A stretch of 30,566 nt of DNA from an uncultured Candidatus Poseidoniales archaeon (GCA_964389655.1 CAYMED010000020.1:1-30566); one strand, 5' to 3'; positions 8,667 through 16,690 are shown, numbered from the stretch's first letter. Numbers and translations are program-made. The notes: generated from the sequence alone by a model not told the origin.

Positions 8667-10658
8667 ATGACGGGCATCCTCAAGGTCTGGATTGAAGAAG
8701 GGTGCATTACGTGTGATGCTTGCCAAGATGCATGCCCTGAAGTGTTTGAGGTAACTGACGATTCCTGTTTCATCAAAGGCGATGTGAGAATGGATGGGCG
8801 ATTCGACGAAAATAGGGACGCAGGATCTCATCTCAAGGGAAGTTTAGGTGCTGAATTATCCGACTTCATCGTTGATGCAGCAGAAGGCTGCCCTGTTGAG
8901 GTGATCAAGTACGACCTTATTGGTTCCTCTACTGATTCGTCGGAAGGGGTTGAAGGACCTGAAACCGATGTTGGAACAGAAATTTCTGCTGATGCGGAGA
9001 TCTCCGATGTTCCTCCCGCCTCGCCAGAGGGTGATTCTGATGCAGGAATGGATTTTTCGATGGATGGGGATCGCGCGTTGCTCATCCTATTTGGTTCTCA
9101 ATCAGGCAACGCAGAAGGCGTCTGCGCCAAGATGGGTAAACTCGCCTCTAAGTATGGGCTTGATGCTACTGTAAAAGGGATGGATGAGATCCAAATCTCT
9201 GACCTTGAAGGGCAAAAAAGAGTCTTGGTTGTCTGCAGCACATGGGGTGAAGGCGATATGCCCGACAATGCTGAGGATTTGTGGAAGGCTGCAAATGGAG
9301 TATCTATTCCGAATCTTTCTGGGACTTATTTCAGTGTCTTGGCCCTAGGGGATTCGGACTACGAGTATTTTTGTCAATCTGGGATAGACTGGGACGGCTG
9401 GTTTGAGAAACAAGGAGCCCTCCGACTTGTTCCACGAGTTGATTGTGATGTTGACTATGATTCATTAGCTGATGCTTGGATGCTAGATGCTTTGCCACAT
9501 GTTGGTGCAGTTGATGGTAGTGGAGTCTTCCAAATAGATGCGGTTGAGGTGCTGAAGTTCAAGGCATCAGGTGGGAAAACACCCACTGGTGTCGAAGTTG
9601 AGGCAGTGGGTGCGTTGCAGGGCTTTGTCATTCCTGAAATGTCCTCTGCTTCCCGCCTGGCTCTCTTCACGATTCATCGCTATGACCCCAAAGCCACATC
9701 AGTTGGTACGGATGAGATTGAGTTGGAAATAGCGGGGCATATGACTGTCTATGATGCTCTCAATCAGATTCGGAACTGGCATGATGGGTCGCTTGCTATA
9801 CCCCTAGGCTCGAATCCAGTGCTTGAGGTCAATGGAAGAGTGGTACTTGCCAATCATGTCCGTATTGATTCCCTTGTTCCTGAAGCAGGTGGATCTATCC
9901 GAGTAGATCCCGCTCCAGGTTTTCCTGTCATACGAGACCTCATCTCTGATCTAACTTCTCTTCGAAAGGCTTGGGCTAAGAGCGAACCTTGGTTTAATGC
10001 TGAAACAGGACAATCGCAATCAACCGAATCAAAGGCGCGTGTTTCGCGGCAGTCTCCGATTTGCGCCCGTCAGCAATACGAGGCCGGCTCATCTAGGTCT
10101 CGTGCTCTAGTTCATGCAGCATCCGATACAGTACCATATGCGCCAAATTTGCTCGGCCCATCGATTCATGCACATATGTGGGCGAAATTCAATGATGAAC
10201 GATTATCCCGCTCTCAACGCGAAAGAATTGTGGCTCGTTTAGCAGATCCTGTCGAAGGAGTCTTTGCGGAATGTGATTTGCATGCTCTACGAAGGCACGG
10301 GGGTGAAGCCGCCCGTGCTTCTGATGCAAATTTAAAAGCGCGTCGACACATCCTTCATCTTTCAAAATTCTCAGGCCGTTCTGGCCTTCATGTGAAGACA
10401 TTTGCGAAAACCGTTAAGGGATCCGGTTTGCTCAATGAAACCTTCCTTGCAGCCCGCACTTTGGGGCCTTTAGGCATGCTAGGGAATCTCAAAGCAACCA
10501 TGCGCATGGCAACCGGATTCACGCGAACGGGAGGCCCTTTAGCCCGCGACTTGCAAGGATATCTTGCACCAGGGAAATTGCCAAAAATCATTAATCGAAG
10601 AATCGATGGTCACCACGAAGTTGTGGCGTTGTATACCGAACTTGAGAGGAGGTTATGA
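8667..10658 (+). CDS. Fusion protein: single-cluster ferredoxin, acidic linker, flavodoxin (CysJ/diflavin-reductase type), and degenerate SdhB/FrdB-like domain
   Basis: CITCDACQDACP...EGCPVEVI; FGSQSGNAE, STWGEGDMPDNA, LGDSDYEYFC; SdhB landmarks FTIHRYDP, MTVYDALNQI, FPVIRDL and LLGPS, without the cluster cysteines. Confidence 0.85.
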   Translation: MTGILKVWIEEGCITCDACQDACPEVFEVTDDSCFIKGDVRMDGRFDENRDAGSHLKGSLGAELSDFIVDAAEGCPVEVIKYDLIGSSTDSSEGVEGPETDVGTEISADAEISDVPPASPEGDSDAGMDFSMDGDRALLILFGSQSGNAEGVCAKMGKLASKYGLDATVKGMDEIQISDLEGQKRVLVVCSTWGEGDMPDNAEDLWKAANGVSIPNLSGTYFSVLALGDSDYEYFCQSGIDWDGWFEKQGALRLVPRVDCDVDYDSLADAWMLDALPHVGAVDGSGVFQIDAVEVLKFKASGGKTPTGVEVEAVGALQGFVIPEMSSASRLALFTIHRYDPKATSVGTDEIELEIAGHMTVYDALNQIRNWHDGSLAIPLGSNPVLEVNGRVVLANHVRIDSLVPEAGGSIRVDPAPGFPVIRDLISDLTSLRKAWAKSEPWFNAETGQSQSTESKARVSRQSPICARQQYEAGSSRSRALVHAASDTVPYAPNLLGPSIHAHMWAKFNDERLSRSQRERIVARLADPVEGVFAECDLHALRRHGGEAARASDANLKARRHILHLSKFSGRSGLHVKTFAKTVKGSGLLNETFLAARTLGPLGMLGNLKATMRMATGFTRTGGPLARDLQGYLAPGKLPKIINRRIDGHHEVVALYTELERRL

Positions 10659-10659
10659 G

Positions 10660-11520
10660 ATGGCTCTGAAGTATGCTCATTATCCTGGATGTGCTGCTCA
10701 GTCTTCTGCTCGTGAAGTCATGGATGCCATGGTCGCAATTGAGCGTGTTCTAGACTTAGAGTTGGTTGAACTTACTGGTGCGTCATGTTGTGGGGCTGGC
10801 GTGATTCGCCAAGCCAATCCTGAACTTCAAATTGCTCTCAATGCCCGTACATTTGCTCAAGCAGAATCTCAGGGCCTGGATATTCTAACTCCTTGTGCTA
10901 CATGTCAAGGAAATATGTGGGAGGACCTAAACACTTTGAATGAAGATGCTGAATTGAGAGACTCAATCAATCAGGTTCTTGAACGGTCTAGTGGTTTGCA
11001 ATTCAATGGGGATGTTAGAATGCGGCATCTTCTCCACATTCTTGTCGAAGATGTTGGACTCGATACACTTCGTGAAAAAGTTGTCAATCCGCTTGATTTG
11101 CCTATTGCGGGATATTATGGAGCTCCAATGCTGCAGCGTGGTGCTTCTTGCGGTGATGACCCGTGGGACCCAACCTACCTTGAATCATTAGTTGATGCAC
11201 TTGGTGGCACCTCAATTCGAACAGATGGACGTGTCCGAAGCGTAGGATTTCCGAGCCTTATGTCTCAAGAAAAGACTGCGCTTAGGATGACTGCAGCAGT
11301 TCTTGAAGAAGCAAAAAATTCCGGTGCTTCAGTCATTGTTTCGGCTTGTCCTTTGTCGCACATTAATCTCGATAGTTATCAGGATAAGGCAGGACAAACA
11401 GTTGGCCGAGATACAGACATCCCTGTTGTTCATCTTCCCGAGATTGTTGCTTGGGCATTGGGCCAAATGCCCGACCGTTTTGCCTATCTCCGCACTCGTG
11501 CACTCATTATTGGAAATTGA
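10660..11520 (+). CDS. CCG-domain protein (HdrB/SdhE-like iron-sulfur subunit), second CCG domain degenerate
   Basis: YPGC-x31-CCG...PCATC is intact in the N-terminal half. ATG10660 follows GAGGAGG and lies 1 nt after the upstream stop, consistent with translational coupling. Confidence 0.9.
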   Translation: MALKYAHYPGCAAQSSAREVMDAMVAIERVLDLELVELTGASCCGAGVIRQANPELQIALNARTFAQAESQGLDILTPCATCQGNMWEDLNTLNEDAELRDSINQVLERSSGLQFNGDVRMRHLLHILVEDVGLDTLREKVVNPLDLPIAGYYGAPMLQRGASCGDDPWDPTYLESLVDALGGTSIRTDGRVRSVGFPSLMSQEKTALRMTAAVLEEAKNSGASVIVSACPLSHINLDSYQDKAGQTVGRDTDIPVVHLPEIVAWALGQMPDRFAYLRTRALIIGN

Positions 11521-11523
11521 ATT

Positions 11524-14214
11524 TTAATTGCGGATCTGCGCAATTGCTTCAAGCGATATGTTTCCAATTCCTGGGACCTTGAGAAGTACCTCGTCAGGTG
11601 CGGAAAGTATGTTTGGTATATTTCCAAATACATCCAATAACCGTTCAGCACAATCGTGTCCAATTCCAGGTAACGATGACAACATTCCAATCTCAATTTT
11701 CCGATCTCGACGCTCCCCCTCCCCCATCGGGCGAGCCTTGGCTGGTTCACTGGGCTGCGGGTCGAATGCGGCTTGCTGCGCAACTTCAATTGCTTCACTT
11801 TCTTCAATTAAATCCGCAAGGAGATCCCCTTCACTTTCTTCAACAGCAAAGTGAGCAAATGCTGCAGGTACAAATCCCTTTTTCCCTTTCTTTTGATCGC
11901 GGTGGTTGTCTCGTTTCTGTCGGTTGATTGAAGTCCGAGTCCGTCTTCTTGCTCCTTCAGAAAGACCAGTAAGCATTGCATCTTCGCGCCGTGCGGTAAT
12001 TGCAAGGATACGCGCTGTTTCATCATCGCTGCTGGTGTGTATCAGTGGAATTCCATAATCACACGCTATGGTTGACAGCACTCCGAGTAAAGCATTAGGG
12101 TGGATGGATGAGTTACCAAATAATTCTCGACCTTCAACAATGAGAATTGGGCGTGGCGCTGCGGATGCAAGCTGCTCAACTTGTTGGAGAAGACGCCCAT
12201 CTAGTATTGAGGCGACAAAATCACGTGCCGTTTTCCTCTCAATTAATACTCGGTCCCCAATTTGATAGTCACCTGCTGGAAGACGCTTGACTTCAATGAT
12301 CACTCCGTCTCGCTTGAGTGCAACCATCACGGATGCCGTTTTTTCCCGATCATCCACAATGATGACTGGGTTGCGACGTCCCGGTGTGGCCAAATTCCTC
12401 TCCTCCTCCACATTGTCGATAATGGCTGCGCTAGATGATGTATTCTCCTCCTCGTGTTCTGTATCTAGTATATTGGACCCATTAAGGGAGATATCCTGCT
12501 TGAATTCGCCGAGTGTTGTTTGTGATCTGGGAATTCGCCGAATTTGATGCAGATCCTCTTTTTCCCCAATAGGCTGCAGCGCTAAAGTAGTGCTCTTGAT
12601 TTTATCTATGAAGTTATATGTGGCAATTTCTCCTTCTTCAGAGTCGATAACTTTCATCGAGAGATGGCCTGAATTACCTCTTGCAGGGCCATGAATTCCT
12701 ACTAATTTCGCGTGTACTGTCGCAAGTGCCTTGCGCATTCTCCTTTCTCTCGCTTGTGATGCATATCTTGCTCCTTCATCTCTAGTTTTCTCTGCAATAA
12801 GCACGAACACATCTCCTTGGCGCGTGCGTCCAGTTCTGCCTCGACGCTGGATGGTTCGAATTTCACTGCCGACAGGTTCGTAGAATATCACGCGGTCAGC
12901 ACTTGGGATGTCGAGTCCTTCTTCTCCAATCGATGTCGCAACAAGAACATTGGATTCTCCATTTCTGAATCTATCAAGTGCAAGTTTCTGTTTTTTTATA
13001 CTCATTCCTTTGTCTTTCCCTCTGCTGGATTGGCCTACAAAACGTTCTGGGATGACGCCGGGAACCAGTTCCAGTCTGCGTACAACTTCTGCAGCGGTAT
13101 CTCGATAATTGACAAACACAATTACGCGTGAGGAATCTCCAGACCGAATTTTCTCAAGCGTCAATTCACGTACCTTATCGACTTTAGGATGTACCTCTTC
13201 CATCTCAGATAGGCGTCCAAGTAGGCGCACGATTCTTGGGTCTCGCATGAATCGCTGGAGCGCCTTTCCGCCTTCTTCTTCTCTCTCAATTCCCCTCGCA
13301 AGGGATTCACGTGTTGCTGCAACCCCTTGTGATCTCAATATTCCTATGGCATGATGTATTCTCCCAGCATCTGCAAGAGCTTTTGAAGCGGCGAATGCAG
13401 TACCTTCCCCTCTTGCAATCGCCCTCTGTATTGTTGCACGCAAGCTGTTGATAATTCGAATGGATAATGCGCCTGGCCGTCGTGGGAAACCGAGTGCCCG
13501 TATACGTTCAAGTGTTGATTCTAGCCATTGCTTGAGTGGGTCACTGAGTTCTTCAAGAATTTCAGGGACTTCAACATGCAAATCGCGAACGGTTAGATTT
13601 GGTAGGTGGCCTGCTAGCATCGGGTCATTAGCATCTCGATAGTAAATTTGGAGAATTCCCAAACGGTGGCAAACCTCCTCAATTTCTTCCTCAGTTGACC
13701 CAGGGGATGCCGTTGCTGCAAGGATTGTAATTTCAGACTGAACCCCGCGCACTAGATCTGCCACGTCTCCCATTGCCTGACGCCCTCGCGCACGATGTGC
13801 TTCGTCAAAGATCAGTGCATCAATGGATTTTGCATCAAGACGCCCATCCATCAAATCATTTCGAATGACTTGTGGCGTGGCCACAATGATCCTAGTACCG
13901 GGATAATGGTCAATGCGTTTATCTGGTCTGATATCTCCAGTGATTGCTTTGATTTCTTCTTCGGACAAGTTTGATATTTTCCGCAAGTCCGATGTGTGTT
14001 GATCTACAAGTGCATTGGTTGGGGCTAAGAACACAATCCGAGTGGATCCTGACTGGATTTTTTCAAGGGCTAGCATCCATTCCACGACTGATTTCCCCGA
14101 TCCCGTGGGTAGAACAATGAGCGTGGGGCGCGTCAGTGCGATATCGAGCGCTTCAATTTGATAGGCTCTTGCCTCAAGGTCCGCCTTGAGCCGTGGATGG
14201 TCGATTTCGGGCAC
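11524..14214 (-). CDS. hef: Hef helicase-nuclease (FANCM/Mph1-like SF2 helicase, ERCC4 nuclease, tandem HhH)
   Basis: EARAYQ, LPTGSGKS, DEAH, TASPG, QRRGRTGR; nuclease VDDRE, GDY...ERKTARDF; HhH LPGIG...VPGIG. Start moved to GTG14214 (VPEIDHP), about 30 nt after minus-strand TTTTCAG. Confidence 0.93.
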   Translation of the reverse strand: MPEIDHPRLKADLEARAYQIEALDIALTRPTLIVLPTGSGKSVVEWMLALEKIQSGSTRIVFLAPTNALVDQHTSDLRKISNLSEEEIKAITGDIRPDKRIDHYPGTRIIVATPQVIRNDLMDGRLDAKSIDALIFDEAHRARGRQAMGDVADLVRGVQSEITILAATASPGSTEEEIEEVCHRLGILQIYYRDANDPMLAGHLPNLTVRDLHVEVPEILEELSDPLKQWLESTLERIRALGFPRRPGALSIRIINSLRATIQRAIARGEGTAFAASKALADAGRIHHAIGILRSQGVAATRESLARGIEREEEGGKALQRFMRDPRIVRLLGRLSEMEEVHPKVDKVRELTLEKIRSGDSSRVIVFVNYRDTAAEVVRRLELVPGVIPERFVGQSSRGKDKGMSIKKQKLALDRFRNGESNVLVATSIGEEGLDIPSADRVIFYEPVGSEIRTIQRRGRTGRTRQGDVFVLIAEKTRDEGARYASQARERRMRKALATVHAKLVGIHGPARGNSGHLSMKVIDSEEGEIATYNFIDKIKSTTLALQPIGEKEDLHQIRRIPRSQTTLGEFKQDISLNGSNILDTEHEEENTSSSAAIIDNVEEERNLATPGRRNPVIIVDDREKTASVMVALKRDGVIIEVKRLPAGDYQIGDRVLIERKTARDFVASILDGRLLQQVEQLASAAPRPILIVEGRELFGNSSIHPNALLGVLSTIACDYGIPLIHTSSDDETARILAITARREDAMLTGLSEGARRRTRTSINRQKRDNHRDQKKGKKGFVPAAFAHFAVEESEGDLLADLIEESEAIEVAQQAAFDPQPSEPAKARPMGEGERRDRKIEIGMLSSLPGIGHDCAERLLDVFGNIPNILSAPDEVLLKVPGIGNISLEAIAQIRN

Positions 14215-14460
14215 GTCTTTTGGGGGTTGGGTCGGTGGCTGAAAAGCATTGCATGTGCCTCTTCCCTGTAATGTGTTGTGACCGATCCTGTGAAATACCC
14301 CCTCTTGGTCGGCGGGACGCTCAATCGGTGAGCGACTAGACGCATCGGGCTCTGCAACAAGGTATCCCACGTCTTCCATCCCACTCGTGGATGGACGGCT
14401 GGCGTCACAGTTGCTCAAGGCTGAAAGGGCTCCGGGCATAGCCCGTAGGAAGCGATCTGC
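14215..14460. promoter_or_regulatory. Divergent hef / rpl3 promoter region and structured 5' leader of the ribosomal protein operon
   Basis: 246-nt non-coding gap with TATA-like TGAAATA at 14291-14297 and hairpins at 14375-14395 and 14427-14444. Confidence 0.5.
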
Positions 14461-15522
14461 ATGGCGAAAAGGCACCACCCGAGACGCGGTAGTATGGCGT
14501 ATAGCCCGCGTAAGCGGGCCCGCCGTCACTTTGGCCGAATGCGTACTTGGGGCCCTTCCAGTAAAGATGGCATACATGCTCTCGGCTTCGCAGGATGGAA
14601 AGCGGGGATGACTCATGTCATGGTCCGTGATGTAAACCCACATTCTCCTTCTCGTGGACAAGAAATTCGCGTTCCCGTAACTGTGGTCGAGTTTCCAACA
14701 ATGCGCGTATTAGGTGTACGTGGATATACGCTCACGCCGTATGGAAAACAATCCGTCGGCGAGGCTTGGTGGTCTGAAGCGATATGGCCCTCAAGGGATA
14801 CCCCTCCCAATGAATTGCCAGAATCATTTGATGGCCTTCAGATCAATCGTCGCTTAATTCCCAGATCCGGTGCACATGACATTGATGCGAATCTTGACCG
14901 TCTACGCAATTCAGATCTAGCAGAAGTTCGTCTAATCGTTTGTACCGAACCTAGCCGCCTTGGAGTTCCAAGTAAAACTCCTGAGGTTATGGAAATAGGA
15001 ATGGGTGGAGATAATGATCCAATAGTCTTGCTAGAGTCTGCTTCAGAACGCATTGGTGAGAGGATGCAATTTTCTGAATTGTTTTCGGATGGAGATAATC
15101 TTGATGTTGTGGGAATTACCAAAGGCCATGGCTGGCAAGGTGTGATCAAGCGTTTTGGTGGGAAATTACTTTCACATAAGAACAGTAAACGCCGCCGCCA
15201 GCATGGGAATATGGGGGATTTTGGTACAGGATATGTTCGTAAAACAATCCGGCAAGGGGGTCAAATGGGCTTTCACCAAAGAACAGAGTATAACAAACGC
15301 ATCTTGCGAATTTCGACACCAGAGGATCATGAGGTAACTCCAGAAGGAGGCTTCCTGCACTACGGAGTTATCCGCGAGGGCAATGAATACGCAATCATCA
15401 AGGGCAGCCTTCCAGGGCCCGCTGGCCGGCTTCTTCTTTTCCGCCACTCGGTTCGAAAATCGGCGACAGGTGATCCTCCAGAGATCACGTATGTGAGTAC
15501 AGCATCTAAGCAGGGGGCATAA
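14461..15522 (+). CDS. rpl3: 50S ribosomal protein L3 (uL3)
   Basis: PRRGSMAYSPRKRA, GFAGWKAGMTH, GITKGHGWQGVIKRFG, GQMGFHQRTEYNKRI. Confidence 0.98.
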   Translation: MAKRHHPRRGSMAYSPRKRARRHFGRMRTWGPSSKDGIHALGFAGWKAGMTHVMVRDVNPHSPSRGQEIRVPVTVVEFPTMRVLGVRGYTLTPYGKQSVGEAWWSEAIWPSRDTPPNELPESFDGLQINRRLIPRSGAHDIDANLDRLRNSDLAEVRLIVCTEPSRLGVPSKTPEVMEIGMGGDNDPIVLLESASERIGERMQFSELFSDGDNLDVVGITKGHGWQGVIKRFGGKLLSHKNSKRRRQHGNMGDFGTGYVRKTIRQGGQMGFHQRTEYNKRILRISTPEDHEVTPEGGFLHYGVIREGNEYAIIKGSLPGPAGRLLLFRHSVRKSATGDPPEITYVSTASKQGA

Positions 15523-15524
15523 TC

Positions 15525-16409
15525 ATGAAAGCCGCTGTTGTGAACATACGAAATGAAATCTCTCGTGAAGACTATGAAGCGGGTAAGGGTCCTGAAATAT
15601 ACAACATTGCAATCGAATCAGGTGCTAAAATTGAGTTGCCTAGTTCTTTTTCATCAGTGGTACGCCCAGATTTAATCCGCAAGGCCGTTCGTTCAGCTCG
15701 TGCCAACCGAAGACAACCATATGGAAGCCGACCCCATGTTGGAAAGCGCGATCCCATGCCCGGTATGCGGCATAGTGTTGAATGGTGGGGGAAAGGGCGT
15801 GGCGTATCAAGAATCATGCGTATCAGTGGCATGCGCCGTGGTGCTCAAAATCCGCACACAGTTGGAGGACGTCGAGCGCATGGTCCCAAAGTCGAAAAGG
15901 ATTGGAGTGTGAAAATGAATGCGCGCGAACGTCGATTGGCCCGTTCGAGTGCTTTGGCAGCAACGCTTGATGCAGATGTGGTTTCTGCACGCGGGCATCG
16001 CCTTGATGATGATGTAGAGCAATTACCAATTATTTTAGGAGAATATTCAGAGGTTGTCGGGGGGAATGAGGTTCATTACGAGAATTTCGATAGTTTTCCT
16101 CTCGGCAAAGCAACTAGGAAAATCCGTGCGATATTCGAATCAATTGGATTGGGGGCTGACCTCAATCGTGCTAGAGATGGCCGACACCAAAGAGCAGGTC
16201 GCGGAAAAATGCGTGGTCGCCGAATTAGACAACCGAAATCCATTCTTGTTGTTGTAGCTCGAAAAGAAGGTTTGGAAAAAGCGGCTCGAAATCTCCCAGG
16301 TGTTGATGTTGTTGCAGCTAGTGAATTGTCGACTGAAGATTTAGCGCCAGGTGGCGATATAGGTCGCTTGACCGTGTTTACACGTGCTGGTTTGGAGGCC
16401 CTTAGGTGA
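15525..16409 (+). CDS. rpl4: 50S ribosomal protein L4 (uL4)
   Basis: VRPDLIRKAV, WGKGRGVSRI, GGRRAHGPK, RAGRGKMRGRR, LAPGGDIGRLTVFT. Confidence 0.98.
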   Translation: MKAAVVNIRNEISREDYEAGKGPEIYNIAIESGAKIELPSSFSSVVRPDLIRKAVRSARANRRQPYGSRPHVGKRDPMPGMRHSVEWWGKGRGVSRIMRISGMRRGAQNPHTVGGRRAHGPKVEKDWSVKMNARERRLARSSALAATLDADVVSARGHRLDDDVEQLPIILGEYSEVVGGNEVHYENFDSFPLGKATRKIRAIFESIGLGADLNRARDGRHQRAGRGKMRGRRIRQPKSILVVVARKEGLEKAARNLPGVDVVAASELSTEDLAPGGDIGRLTVFTRAGLEALR

Positions 16410-16414
16410 TCATC

Positions 16415-16681
16415 ATGGTGGATCCATATAGCATTCTAATCGCTCCTTGGTATACGGAGAAATCTATGGATAACAGACTTCCTGACCGGGGTAATCGCTT
16501 GGAGTTCATTGTCCGGCTTGATTCAAACAAACCAGAAATAGCTGCGGCAGTTGAACAATTGTTTGAAGTGCGAGTCGAGAAAGTCAATACCCGGATTACT
16601 AAGCGAGGTAAGCACGCAAGCGTGCGATTAGCAGAAGGTTACAATGCAGAGGAGGCATCGCTCAAACTGGGCGCATTCTGA
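16415..16681 (+). CDS. rpl23: 50S ribosomal protein L23 (uL23)
   Basis: TEKS, LEFIV, NKPEIAAAVEQLFEVRVEKVNT; SD AGGTGA; expected operon position. Confidence 0.96.
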   Translation: MVDPYSILIAPWYTEKSMDNRLPDRGNRLEFIVRLDSNKPEIAAAVEQLFEVRVEKVNTRITKRGKHASVRLAEGYNAEEASLKLGAF

Positions 16682-16690
16682 GGTGTTATT

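Noticed and set aside
9655-10658. Pseudogene call for the SdhB-like region
   Set aside because: No stops or frameshifts, fused in frame to intact domains, and coupled to the downstream gene.
10660-11520. Evidence for methanogenesis (true HdrB)
   Set aside because: CCG proteins are widespread outside methanogens. The second motif is degenerate, the partner is SdhB-like, and no hdrA, mvh or mcr genes are present.
14215-14661. 149-aa N-terminal extension of Hef overlapping rpl3 antisense
   Set aside because: Hef homology begins at VPEIDHP (GTG14214). The extension is the reverse complement of rpl3 and its leader.
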